64,000 nucleotides of DNA from Diplonema japonicum (taxonomy: Eukaryota; Protista; Euglenozoa: Diplonemea). The position numbers and the translations under genes were made by a program. The notes under the pieces were generated by a model. That model was not told the origin of the DNA. It saw only the letters and a program-made list of their open reading frames with translations, and ran no database searches. Positions 20,705 through 32,584 of the stretch are shown here, one piece after another. Position 1 is the first letter of the stretch; each line of letters opens with the position of its first letter. The DNA is taken from the NCBI GenBank assembly GCA_964019335.1, contig OZ025749.1:1-64000 (forward strand), given 5' to 3'.

Positions 20705-21967
20705 ATGCCATCGGTCCCGTATACCAGGGACGCGCAGCGCCGAGCGGATCTCCTTGCAGGTCTTCGCCGAGAGATAAAGCACGAAGGCGGGAAAGCAAAG
20801 GTCCCCGGACGGCACAACATCGATGGCAGAGACCAAACCACCACCGACGATCGACAGGGGAAGCGGATAATGCACTCGGAGACCGCGGAGAGCAGGCTGG
20901 GCAATGGAATGGCGGGAATCCGTCCGGAAGAAGGCGCGGAGACAACACGAAAAGGAAAGTCCGTCGAAGGCCTGCGAGCCCTCGGAATGCGCTCCACATC
21001 CCTGTCCGTAAGAGAGCCAGCACACACACGGTTCGTCAAACGCCAGTGCCACAACAATGAAAGAACACCATCCGTGGAAAGCCAACCAAGGAGGGTCAGA
21101 AGACAAGCACCGATACCCATCAGAACAGAGGTAACAAAGCGACATAAAGCCCCCACACCACAACCCTCCACCACTGAAAACCCACGACCCCGGTCGTCAT
21201 CACTAGGGTCCATAAGACATCTTACCTCCGCTGAGCTCAACAACAGGTCAACAAGTAGAAAAGGGCGGTCTGATTCTAGGCCCGATTCAGGCTCGCTAAC
21301 AGCCCATGACCTCACATCCCCTCGGACACCATCACGAATATTTTCATCGTCTATTTATGCTGCGTCACCCGGGCAGAGGTGTCTCACCCCAGGTGGGCGG
21401 AGGTTTGCCGAGACACCTACCCCGTCACGAACAAACATTCTTGCGCATTCGGATGAAGGAGGCCCGCGAACCCCAACATCACGGAGAGCGCGGAGTCCGT
21501 TGAGCCTTGCGGAGATTGGATCTGATGTCTTGGGAAACCCTGCGGGCAAGCGGTGCAGTTCCCCTCAAATGCGTGTCCAGGCGTCGGGTGCTCAGATGAC
21601 ATCCATCCTCCCGCACAGCGGGGGGGCTCAAGAACGCTCTCGCCGTGGCCGTGCCTACCTTGGTAACGCACCGCCGTTCTCCCCGGAACCCCTCACCCAC
21701 ACACGGTCCCCCACCGGAAGGAAACAAGTCAGCGATAACTTCTCAGATATCCATAACATCAAGCCCGTTGGGTTTGGTCGGTCCTCAGACCCTTTCCTTG
21801 GGCACCATTCAAGGACAGGAGGGGTGTTTGCTGACGGTTCGCCTGCAAGGTGTGTGTCCCCCCCCCCTTTTTTTTGTAAAAAAATTTTTTTTTCCAGGAC
21901 CGGTAAAATCCTCCAACCTCAGCGGGTGCCAACTGACCCCATCACGCATAAACACACGGTGATTTGA
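20705..21967 (+). CDS. Hypothetical Arg/Ser/Pro-rich disordered protein; probable intron 21850-21897
   Basis: 420-aa ORF after an A-rich leader; a homopolymer block near the 3' end is bounded by GT and CAG. Confidence 0.65.
   Translation: MPSVPYTRDAQRRADLLAGLRREIKHEGGKAKVPGRHNIDGRDQTTTDDRQGKRIMHSETAESRLGNGMAGIRPEEGAETTRKGKSVEGLRALGMRSTSLSVREPAHTRFVKRQCHNNERTPSVESQPRRVRRQAPIPIRTEVTKRHKAPTPQPSTTENPRPRSSSLGSIRHLTSAELNNRSTSRKGRSDSRPDSGSLTAHDLTSPRTPSRIFSSSIYAASPGQRCLTPGGRRFAETPTPSRTNILAHSDEGGPRTPTSRRARSPLSLAEIGSDVLGNPAGKRCSSPQMRVQASGAQMTSILPHSGGAQERSRRGRAYLGNAPPFSPEPLTHTRSPTGRKQVSDNFSDIHNIKPVGFGRSSDPFLGHHSRTGGVFADGSPARCVSPPPFFCKKIFFSRTGKILQPQRVPTDPITHKHTVI
21850..21897 (+). other. 48-nt probable GT-AG intron (C/T/A/T homopolymer blocks)
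   Basis: AG|GTGTGT...TTTCCAG|G, in frame. No homology check is possible. Confidence 0.65.
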
Positions 21968-22325
21968 ACAATGCTGCGGGGGGGGGGGGGGGGGGGTGAA
22001 CGAAAAAAAGAAAGAGAAAGAGAATCCCCCCCCCCCCCCCCGTTCTTGTTTTTCCAACTTGTTGTAGAGTGAAAAATAAACAATGTTTAGTCCCCGTCCC
22101 ACCTTTTTTTTTTTTTTTTTTAAATTATGCTTAAGTATTTCTAAAAAAAAGGAAAAACTCCCCATCCTCCTCCTTTTTTCGCTCTCATCGTTGTACATGA
22201 AATTCTTGTTTTGCTCTTTTTTTTTTGTTCTGTTTTTTTTATCTCCTGTGGAACGCCCGCAAAAGAAAAAAAAAAGAAAACACGTAACCTTCTCACAGAC
22301 CCCCTTTTATTCTTCAGCACCTTAA

Positions 22326-23717
<1,392 letters not shown>

Positions 23718-24006
23718 GTGGAGTGATATCTTCTCTTTTTTATTTCCCCCCCCTTTTTTTTTTAACCCCAATTTTCCCCTTTGTTTATGCCCACTTTTCT
23801 TTTTTTTACCCCTCTCCCCCCTCCGCATCAGAAGCACACACCCAAAGCGGCGACGGTGGTTCGGCTCATCGTTGTAAGTGCATGCCAGACGCGGGGGACA
23901 GAGGCAACCACCCAACCACCCTCTTTTTTTTCTATTTGCATTTCTCCCCCCTCTTTTTGTAAACGATTCTCGACACAAAAGAAAATACCACACTCACCAG
24001 GTTGAA

Positions 24007-27000
24007 ATGACCTCGCGACCATCAACAGCACCGTTTGGAGATGATAAGCCAGTCGCGATAGAGCTTCTTGAGGAGAAGCACAAGATGGCGATAGAGGAAC
24101 ACGGATGGTGGTCGCAGGTAACGCTTTCCTTTGTGCAGCCGCTGCTGAAGCTGGCAAGCACCGGTGGGCTCAACGTAAACACGGTGGACGACCTCCCTTC
24201 TGACCAGCGGACTGAAGTTCAGAACGAGAAGTTCCAAGCCCTGTGGGAGGAGGAATTGCAAAAGATCAACGCAGACACGTTTCACCGCACACTCAATGAA
24301 GTGACAAAGGCGGACAGCAAGAAGCAGCTCTTCAAGTCCCTCGACGTGTGGGACGGCATTAAGAAGAAGATCGACGACGGTGTCTTCACCAGCCACAGGG
24401 ACCTGCAATCCTTCCAAAAACAGGTGAAGAATGTCATCAACACAAACTACAAGGCAGCCGCACCAGACTGCCAACGATGCGCCGAAAAAATGTGCCCGCT
24501 TCCCGACGGAGTTCCCGAAGTCCCCGGGATGCCAGCTGTGGACCCAGCCCATGAGGACATAGCGTTTCTGATGGGGCAGCTGAACAACGCCATTCAACAA
24601 GGACAGCCTCGTCTCACGCCTCTCTTGTATCAAGCTTATAAAAGTGACTTCTGGGCAGGGGCTTTGTGGGGTTTGGGACAGAGCATCCCGCCGTTTGTTC
24701 CTATCCTGCTGTTCCCCCGTCTTATCGATGCGCTCGTAGAGACCCCCTCTCCGGGGACGCAGAACGGTGCCCCCGCAGTCCTTCTCGACACCGAAGACCC
24801 TACATACCTTGTGTTTATCTACGCTGCCATTATTTTCTTCGCTATTTCGTTTATGGCGTTTGCTATGACACGCACCTTTGTGACGTCGGCACGGTTGGGA
24901 GTGAAGCTCCGTGCGTGTCTTGCTGCGGCCATCACAAAGAAGTCGCTTGAGATTTCGCAGTCGGGGTGGCTGTCCTCGGGAGGGCACTCGAAGATCTTCA
25001 CGCTCCTCCACGCCGACACAGAGCGCGTTTTTCAACAGTGCTCCAACCTCCTCGGGCTTGCCTTTTACATCCCGACGCAAGCAGTGATGGCAATAGCCTA
25101 CCTGTTCTACGTCATGTCATGGCCCACGGTCGGCGGTGTTGCCGTGATGTGCATTAGCATGCCGTACAACTACGCCATTGCCCAGAGCTTCATCAAGCTG
25201 TTCATGGAGCGTATGTTAAAGGCCGACGGGCGTACGAAGAAGGTGCATGAGATGATCGAGAACATCCGCGGGGTGAAATTCTACCAGTGGGAGAAGGAGT
25301 ACACAGATGAGATCATGTCCATCAGGAAGACCGAGGTATCCATCATCAGAGTGCTGCTCAAGGAGATCGCAACGCTGATGTCCAGCACCCAGCTCGCCCC
25401 CTTTCTGTTCCACACAGCGATCCTCGTCATCTACGCTCTGTGGGACGAGGAAAGCCTCGACTCCGAGAAGGTGTACCAATCTCTGGCTCTTACTTACGTC
25501 CTGCGTGGCAGCTTCATGGTAATGCCCTTCGTCTACGCTGGTTATGTACAAGCGCTCATCGGATTGCTTCGCATCCAGGACTTCCTTGTAAGGGACGAGG
25601 CGGAGAAGCTTCCTGTGACAGACCACAACCAAACGATCCGGGTGGAGAACGGGAGGTACGCGTGGGAAGAGGACGGGGTTCCATGCCTTACGAACATCAA
25701 CCTGGAGGTGAAGAAGGGAGAGCTCGTGATGGTGGTGGGAAAGGTCGGGTCCGGGAAGTCGTCCCTCACCGCGAGCATGCTGGGGGAGATCACTGAGGCA
25801 CAGGGCACAACACACATTGGGGGAAGCATCGCCTTCTGCCCGCAGATCCCGTGGATCATCAGCGGGACGATCCGTGCGAACGTCGAGTGGGGGCGAAGGG
25901 GGGTCGCCCCAGACAGCTTGAGTGACTACCACAAGTGCGTGCGGAGCGTGGCCCTGGTGCAGGACCTGCAGGTGCAGCTGAAAGACGGTGACGCAACGGT
26001 GATCGGTGAGAAGGGCATCAACATCAGCGGTGGACAAAAGGCACGTGTGGCGTTGGCACGTGCGCTGTACAGCAACGCAGACATCTACATTCTGGACGAC
26101 GTCCTGTCAGCAGTGGACGCACACGTCGGGAAGCACATTTTCCACAACGCCATCGAGAAGCAGCTTGCGGGGAAGACACGTCTCTTGATCACAAACCAGC
26201 TTCAGTTTCTGCAGCACGCCGACCGCGTGTTGTCCCTGGAACCGCAGGAGGACGGCTCCTTCACACTACTGGAGGTGGACCCAGAAGCACCTGTAGAAGG
26301 CTCCAACTTCGAGCAGCTCATGGTGGAGTTTCACAGACAACAGAACAATGCGGAAAAGGCACGGCAGGAGGAGCTGGAGAACGCTGTCAGCGCAGTCTCG
26401 GAGTCCACCGTTGACTCCGAGGTCCTCAGGAAGGTGTTCAAGACGGAGGAGTACAAAGGACAGGCCCTGACTGTACAAGAACACATGGAAGAAGGAAGCG
26501 TCACGTGGGAGACCTACCGTGCATACTACAAGCACTTCGGAGGGGTAATGTGGTGGGGTCTCATCATCCTAGGACACGTCTTCTTCAACGCGTGCGACAA
26601 GATGTCACAGATCTGGATCGGGTGGTACGCCGACGAGGGCCGCGAGCAGTCCGCAGCCTTTTACAAGGGCCATATCATCGAGGACCTGCACACGGCGACT
26701 TGGTTTGGGATCTACCTTGGGATTATCGCTGCGGGCTGCATCGTCGTTGCAGTGCGGGAGTTCAGTTTTGCACACGGGGCAGCGCGTCCCTGCCACAGCT
26801 TGTACAAAGAGGAACTTGGTGCGGTGCTCGCCTCGTCCACACAGTTCTTCGACACAACGCCTGTAGGGCGCATCCTGACTCGTTTTGTAAACGACTGGGA
26901 GGCTGTCGACTTCCAGGTGCCGCTGCACACGAGCCAGTGCTTCATCCAGTTCGGGATGCTCTTCAGCTCGATGGTGATGCTTGCCCTCACGGTCCCTTAC

Positions 27001-28284
27001 TTCGCTATAATGTTCATACCCGTGGGGCTCATGCTGTGGTACATATTGCGGAAGAACGCCGCCTCGATGCAGATGCGCCGTTTGTTCAACGTGACGAAGA
27101 GTCCCGTTTCGAACATCTTCGCCGAGAACCTCCGCGGCCTGTCCTCGATCAGAGCTTACGGGAAGCAGAGCTTCGTGTCGGGGGACCAGGCAAAGGCGAT
27201 CGATTTGAACCACGCTTGCTTCATGGGGGAGAGGCTGTCCTTCGAGTGGATCCGCTTCCGGGTGAACTTCCTGTCCGGAGTGATCATGGCATCCGTTCTG
27301 GTTCTACTACTCTTGATTCGTGACGAACTGACTGCGTCGACACTAGGACTTGTTATCTCGCAAGGTGTTTTCATAGTACTGTCAGTGTCGCAAGCCTTTT
27401 TGATGCAGCAGCACATGGACCTGGCGATGAACTCAACAGAAAGGGTTTTGGAGTATTGCAGGCTGGTACCGGAGGAAACGGACGAGCAGCGATTAAAATG
27501 CGAGGAAATGCCGAAGAACTGGCCCAGCAACGGAGAAATTTCGATTGAGAACCTCAGTGTGAGGTACCGCCCGGAACTGCCGCGTGCTGTGGAGGACGTG
27601 AACCTCCACATCGAAGCCGGGTGGAAGGTGGGCATTGTCGGCCGCACGGGAAGCGGGAAATCAACACTATTAAAGTCAATGTTCCGTTTAATGCACCCCG
27701 ACAGCGGGTTCCGGTTGATGATAGACGGGTTCGACGCCAACAAGTTAAACGTTTCAGACCTTCGCAGCCTGTTCGCCATCATCCCTCAAGAACCCGTTCT
27801 GTTCACAAACACCGTACGAAAAAACATTGACCCGTTCGGAACAAGTACCGAGGAAAAGCTCCGAGAGGCCGTACGGCTATGCCACCTAGAAGACCACCTT
27901 AAACTGCGTGCAGGGCCCGATGGCGATGTCCTAGAGGTTAAGATAACTGACGACGCGCTGTCTATAGGACAACGGCAAATGCTGTGTTTAGCACGTGCCC
28001 TTGTCCTTGACAGGAGATTCCTCCTCTTGGACGAGGCGACCGCTTCTGTTGATGTCCACACCGACAAGTTAATCCAGGAGACACTCGTCACCGCCTTCAA
28101 GCACTGTACAGTTCTTACTATCGCTCACAGGCTGAACACCATAACCCACTCTGACAGGATTCTCGTCATGGATTGCCAGGAGGGTACAGGCAGGGTTGCT
28201 CAGTTTGCTTCTTATGGCGAGCTTCTTGAAGATACCGACGGTATTTTCTACCAACTTGCAAAGCAGGCTAAGCTTATTGAGTAG
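24007..28284 (+). CDS. ABC transporter subfamily C (MRP-like), full length
   Basis: First ATG at 24007; two TMDs and two NBDs (GKVGSGKS/ISGGQKARV/LDD and GRTGSGKS/LSIGQRQ/LDEAT). Confidence 0.95.
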   Translation: MTSRPSTAPFGDDKPVAIELLEEKHKMAIEEHGWWSQVTLSFVQPLLKLASTGGLNVNTVDDLPSDQRTEVQNEKFQALWEEELQKINADTFHRTLNEVTKADSKKQLFKSLDVWDGIKKKIDDGVFTSHRDLQSFQKQVKNVINTNYKAAAPDCQRCAEKMCPLPDGVPEVPGMPAVDPAHEDIAFLMGQLNNAIQQGQPRLTPLLYQAYKSDFWAGALWGLGQSIPPFVPILLFPRLIDALVETPSPGTQNGAPAVLLDTEDPTYLVFIYAAIIFFAISFMAFAMTRTFVTSARLGVKLRACLAAAITKKSLEISQSGWLSSGGHSKIFTLLHADTERVFQQCSNLLGLAFYIPTQAVMAIAYLFYVMSWPTVGGVAVMCISMPYNYAIAQSFIKLFMERMLKADGRTKKVHEMIENIRGVKFYQWEKEYTDEIMSIRKTEVSIIRVLLKEIATLMSSTQLAPFLFHTAILVIYALWDEESLDSEKVYQSLALTYVLRGSFMVMPFVYAGYVQALIGLLRIQDFLVRDEAEKLPVTDHNQTIRVENGRYAWEEDGVPCLTNINLEVKKGELVMVVGKVGSGKSSLTASMLGEITEAQGTTHIGGSIAFCPQIPWIISGTIRANVEWGRRGVAPDSLSDYHKCVRSVALVQDLQVQLKDGDATVIGEKGINISGGQKARVALARALYSNADIYILDDVLSAVDAHVGKHIFHNAIEKQLAGKTRLLITNQLQFLQHADRVLSLEPQEDGSFTLLEVDPEAPVEGSNFEQLMVEFHRQQNNAEKARQEELENAVSAVSESTVDSEVLRKVFKTEEYKGQALTVQEHMEEGSVTWETYRAYYKHFGGVMWWGLIILGHVFFNACDKMSQIWIGWYADEGREQSAAFYKGHIIEDLHTATWFGIYLGIIAAGCIVVAVREFSFAHGAARPCHSLYKEELGAVLASSTQFFDTTPVGRILTRFVNDWEAVDFQVPLHTSQCFIQFGMLFSSMVMLALTVPYFAIMFIPVGLMLWYILRKNAASMQMRRLFNVTKSPVSNIFAENLRGLSSIRAYGKQSFVSGDQAKAIDLNHACFMGERLSFEWIRFRVNFLSGVIMASVLVLLLLIRDELTASTLGLVISQGVFIVLSVSQAFLMQQHMDLAMNSTERVLEYCRLVPEETDEQRLKCEEMPKNWPSNGEISIENLSVRYRPELPRAVEDVNLHIEAGWKVGIVGRTGSGKSTLLKSMFRLMHPDSGFRLMIDGFDANKLNVSDLRSLFAIIPQEPVLFTNTVRKNIDPFGTSTEEKLREAVRLCHLEDHLKLRAGPDGDVLEVKITDDALSIGQRQMLCLARALVLDRRFLLLDEATASVDVHTDKLIQETLVTAFKHCTVLTIAHRLNTITHSDRILVMDCQEGTGRVAQFASYGELLEDTDGIFYQLAKQAKLIE

Positions 28285-28322
28285 GGGGGGGGTTTTTTTG
28301 TTTGTTTTTTTTTATTTTTGTG

Positions 28323-28478
28323 TCGGCGATCGAACTAGCGATTGACTTCGAATGCTACATTCCGGTGCAGCCATGCAAGAACGCGAGATCACTACGATCC
28401 ATTGGCAGCGACCACTTAGAGGTGGCAACGCAGAAGAAGTTACAGCTCGGCCGAGGTGCGCCCCCTGTAATCAAGTAG
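28323..28478 (+). repeat. Decayed coding fragment ending ...TQKKLQLGRGAPPVIK*, repeated at 30196-30219 and 63542-63586; possible retroelement 3' end
   Basis: The three-way sequence match is seen directly. The retroelement origin is inference. Confidence 0.6.
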
Positions 28479-28532
28479 ACAGTTCATGCTACGTTGTGCA
28501 CTTAACGCCACTTAGTGTTGCAATCAAAGCCC

Positions 28533-28563
<31 letters not shown>

Positions 28564-28773
28564 CCCCTCTTCTTTTTTTTTTTTTTCTTTCTTCATTGTA
28601 TCAACAATAGTGTAATGTGTCAGTGCCTATGGGAGAACGAAAAAAAAAAAAGAAGAAGGGGGGGGAAAAAAAGGGGGGGGAACAAAAAAAAAAAAAAAAT
28701 AACACCATTGATAAACCGTATTTACTTTTGTGCAGACTCGCTTCTTCTTCTTCTTCTTCTTTTTTTTTTTCCA

Positions 28774-28803
28774 CCCATAAAGGACCGGGCTGATTTATCA
28801 GTC

Positions 28804-28884
<81 letters not shown>

Positions 28885-29019
28885 TGGCATGATGGAGGGG
28901 TGGGTTCACAGGGCTCTGTTAAGGAGAGGTCTGACGCCGGTTTAACACACGGAGATGCAAAAGGCCCGTATTTGCACCGTGCGCACCCTATAACCCCACC
29001 CTTGCTATTTTATTTGGAC

Positions 29020-29060
<41 letters not shown>

Positions 29061-29074
29061 CGGTCCTTTATGGG
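28774..29074. mobile_element. piggyBac-type MITE (301 bp)
   Basis: Perfect 14-bp TIR CCCATAAAGGACCG / CGGTCCTTTATGGG; TTAA on the right, TCCA on the left. Confidence 0.75.
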
Positions 29075-29243
29075 TTAAAGTTTTTTTTTCTTTTTTATTC
29101 TCGTTTTAAATAAAAAAGTAAAGAAGAAAAAAAAAAAAAAGGTGTACGTGTTGTAGGGTTCGGGTTTATTTCATGAGCCCCCCTCGCCGTCCTTTTTTCT
29201 TGCTCTGGGATTTTTAAAAAAAAAAAAGAAAGAAGAAAGAAAG

Positions 29244-29442
29244 GGGTATTTCTTATTGCAAGCATTGCCCCCCCCCCCCCCCCCCCCCCCCCTGCGGTGA
29301 GTCGGGTGACAACAATTGCACTTTTCGGTTGATGTCTTGGCTTTAGATCGATGAAGATTGCTAGACATGTTATTCAATGGGTGTTACAGAAGCATGAGTT
29401 TTTTTTTTTCTCCTCACTTACGATAAGGAGCTGTAAAAGCTC
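29244..29442 (+). repeat. Direct repeat copy 1 (copy 2 at 29758-29940)
   Basis: Shared blocks TATTTCTTATTGCAAGCATTG, GTCGGGTGACAACAATTGCACTTTTCGGTTGATGTCTT, GATCGATGAAGATT and GGAGCTGTAAAAGCTC. Confidence 0.92.
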
Positions 29443-29489
29443 TTTTCACACACACACTCTCTCTCCCCCACTTCTTTCTTCTTGTTTAG

Positions 29490-29732
29490 CCACTAAGCCC
29501 ACAGGCCAAAAAACTGGGGGGAAAAGTCAATTTCTCAAAAATTCTTTTATGGAGAAGTACCTCTGGAGACAGTAAAAAAAAAAAAAAAAAAATGGAAAAT
29601 AAATACTAAAATGCACAAAAAAAAATGATAAGGCGTCCGGGTTTTCCCGGATTTTAGACCTCTCAAATTCTTAGCAGCATTTAGCCAAACAAAGTGGAAA
29701 AAAAGAATTGTGTGCACATGTGGGTTTAGTGG
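29490..29732. mobile_element. piggyBac-type MITE (~243 bp)
   Basis: TIR CCACTAAGCCCACA / TGTGGGTTTAGTGG (13/14), flanked by TTAG and (T)TTAA. Confidence 0.65.
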
Positions 29733-29757
29733 TTTAAAAAAAAAAAAAGAAAGAAAA

Positions 29758-29940
29758 GGGTATTTCTTATTGCAAGCATTGGCCCCCCCGACTACACTGC
29801 GTGCGTCGGGTGACAACAATTGCACTTTTCGGTTGATGTCTTAGCTCTGGATCGATGAAGATTGCAGCTAGACATGTAATAGGAGTTACTGAAGCGATGA
29901 GTTTCTTCTCCTCAATTACAATAGGGAGCTGTAAAAGCTC
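29758..29940 (+). repeat. Direct repeat copy 2
   Basis: Diverged duplicate of 29244-29442. Confidence 0.92.
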
Positions 29941-29958
29941 TCTTTTTCTTTCTCTCCC

Positions 29959-30002
<44 letters not shown>

Positions 30003-30632
30003 GGTGTGTGTTTCTTCAATTTTTCTTTTGACAAACTTGTTTTAAGTATCTGTTTACTGTTGATTCATTAGCTCCGACAGCTGCCATACCGTGTGAGGCG
30101 ATAAAAAAAAAAAAAAAATTAGGGGAAATAAATCAGGTGAATGGGGAAACACCACCACCATTTTTTTTTTCCTTTTTTTTTTTCTTGTTCTCTTTAGGTG
30201 CGCCCCCTGTAATCAAGTAAATGGTGCTTGTGCAGGGTGCCCCCACCGACTTCCTTTAAATCATCGAGTTTTCTTTTACTTTTCTTCTTTCTCCCTCCCT
30301 TTTTTTTTCTCCTCTCTCTCTCTTTTTTTTTTTTTTTTTTCTTCTTTTCTTGCCGCAATATGTCTTATTACTATGTCTTGCGCCGGAAGAAGGAAAAAAA
30401 AAAAAAAAAAGAAACATGTATTAAACCCTCCTTCCTTTCCTTCTTCTGTGTTTCGTCTCAACTGCAGCCAAGCACACAACCTTGCTCTTGGAAGAGGGGA
30501 AAAAAAAAAAAAAGAATGGGGGGAAAAAATTGTAAACAATTGACCTCCCTATTTATTTTTATTTTTTACTTCTGCGGTTCTTTATAATAAAAAAAAAAAG
30601 GTTTTATTATTTACACGGGGGGGGGGGGGGGA

Positions 30633-30872
30633 ATGGGAAAATTGTCCTTAACACAAAATACCCAAGTGATCGGGGGCGGCAATGTAGAGGTCGGCCAAGG
30701 AGGCATCCAACAAACAATGCACAAGGCCTACGCAGTAACAACGGCGGCAGCGGTGAAGACACCTGCAAAATACGACCACTTCACAGTATCGATGTCTGAC
30801 GGCTCAAAGGTGATGCTGAAAGGAGACGGAACCTGCATGCACGCCGACCCAAGAACAGGAGGGTGCAAATAA
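30633..30872 (+). CDS. Small hypothetical protein (79 aa)
   Basis: Homopolymer-free ATG-to-TAA island bounded exactly by low-complexity DNA, with purine-rich codons like neighbouring gene starts. Confidence 0.55.
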   Translation: MGKLSLTQNTQVIGGGNVEVGQGGIQQTMHKAYAVTTAAAVKTPAKYDHFTVSMSDGSKVMLKGDGTCMHADPRTGGCK

Positions 30873-30980
30873 CGGGGGAAAAAAAAAGAAAAAAAAAAAA
30901 GTTACACCGATTTTTTTTTTTTTTTTTTTTTTCCAAAAAAAAAAAAAGGGGGGGTGGGGTAAAAAAAAAATACTAAAAAA

Positions 30981-31982
30981 ATGAAGCTAAAAAAGCCCCC
31001 TCCGTTAAACGTCCCAGCACGTGCGGAGTCAGGGGCACCTCCGGTTCTCTTGGAAGCACAACAACAGTCACCAAAACTTCTTGACCATATGGTGGCAACC
31101 ATCGACGACAAGGGAGATGTTATACTGGGGGAGCACCGCATAGAAGCGGACCCGTTGAAACGAGCACCTTTGGCCGGGGAAAAAACAGAGGAGAAAAAGG
31201 AGAAAAAAGCGCATATCCACTACCGGGATCTAGAAGTAAAGGAAGTGATCGGCCGTGGCGCCTTCGGCGAAGTCAAACGGGTGATACACAAGGACGGAAT
31301 GATCTTCGCACTCAAAGTTGTACGAGTGTCGCATACCGAACAGGCCAAAAAAAGTATACGAAGTGAGCTAGAGCGGCTAAAGGCTAGACGGCCTAGACAT
31401 GCTGTGCGAACATATGAGGCCTACTATAGCAGGTCTACTTGCACAGTCAACTTCCTGATGGAATTTATGGACTACGGCAGCGTGGAAAATTGCTTTGACG
31501 AATTAAAGGCGAAAAACAAAACGATGCCTATCAGCGACACCGCTTGCATCACAGAAAGGGTCCTCTACGCCCTCCACGAGCTTCGCAAACAGCACATCGT
31601 TCACAAGGACATCAAGCCTGCCAACATCCTTATCAATTACAAGTCGGAAGTGAAAATCGGCGACTTCGGGATTTGTTCCTTCACGAATAAGGACTCCGAG
31701 GCGCTGTCGGGGACAGGCTCGTATAGATGGATGGCCCCTGAGCGGATCACCACGGATACGTTTTCCTATAATTCTGATGTGTACAGTCTTGGGTTCGTCG
31801 TGGCTTATTTGGCTTTGGGGAGGTGTGTTTTCAAAAATTTTTAAAAAAAGGAAAAAAAAAAAAAAAAAAAAAAAATCCAGGTTTCCTGTCCGTATCGATA
31901 CATGCCAAGATTTAATTTTCATGGTTGATAAATTTGATAAAATAGACCTGTCGGAGTTGAAGGGAAGGTATGTTTTGGAGGG

Positions 31983-32032
<50 letters not shown>

Positions 32033-32319
32033 GCGGCTATGATGACCTGATCAGTTTCATCCACAAGAGCACAGTCAAGAGAAAAGAGGATCGTCCTTTT
32101 GCGGAGGACTTGTTTGAGCACCCATTTATTAAGAACAGGGTGAAGCCCCCGGGTGGCGCAGAGGCCGACACCCTCTCTTTTTTGAAGCACCTCTCGGCTT
32201 ACGACCGGGCGCGCAAGCGGTTACTCACCACCCCTTTGAAGCCAATAGGCACTGACTGCACTTCGCGGTTTGACTCAACGGAAACAATTTGCTCCCTCCC
32301 CTCGTCGCCGGTCAGTTAG
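30981..32319 (+). CDS. MAP kinase kinase (STE7/MAP2K); exons 30981-31822, 31881-31967, 32034-32319
   Basis: N-terminal D-site MKLKKPPPLNV, GRGAFG, MEFMDYGS, HKDIKPAN, DFG, MAPERI; splicing restores LALGR|FP and ...DRPFAEDLFEHPFI. Confidence 0.92.
31823..31880 (+). other. 58-nt GT-AG intron with poly(A) before TCCAG
   Basis: Removal restores the MAP2K GRFP motif and reading frame. Confidence 0.87.
31968..32033 (+). other. 66-nt GT-AG intron, poly(A) then (CA)n before CAG
   Basis: GTATGT...(A)n(CA)nG; in frame, would otherwise insert poly-Lys into the kinase C-lobe. Confidence 0.85.
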
Positions 32320-32548
32320 CACAGCAGGCTTCCCTTTGAGACACATAGATTTCCGAAGTTAGCAGCAGCATTCCGGGAGGGGGAAACGGTGGGGGGGGGG
32401 GGGGGGGGGAGAGGGGGGGATACATCACTATTTCTTTTTTTTTTTTTTTTTTTTCCTTTCAGTCTTTGGGGATGTTGCATATTTGTAAATATGTTTCTTT
32501 GGGTTTATTCGTTAGCATTCTTCTCCTTTTTTTCATTTTCTGTGCGTG

Positions 32549-32584
<36 letters not shown>

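Noticed and set aside
28601-29109. Many ORFs rich in poly-Lys, poly-Phe, poly-Pro or poly-Gly throughout the window
   Set aside because: Simple translations of intergenic homopolymer runs, which lack stop codons.
29825-29875. Resemblance to 5.8S rRNA (GATGTCTT.GCT...ATCGATGAAGA..GCAGC)
   Set aside because: The match is short, the downstream 5.8S core is absent, and there is no flanking 18S/28S sequence.
30045-30060. AGTATCTGTT similar to U2 snRNA
   Set aside because: The rest of the U2 5' end, branch-pairing GTAGTA and Sm context are absent.
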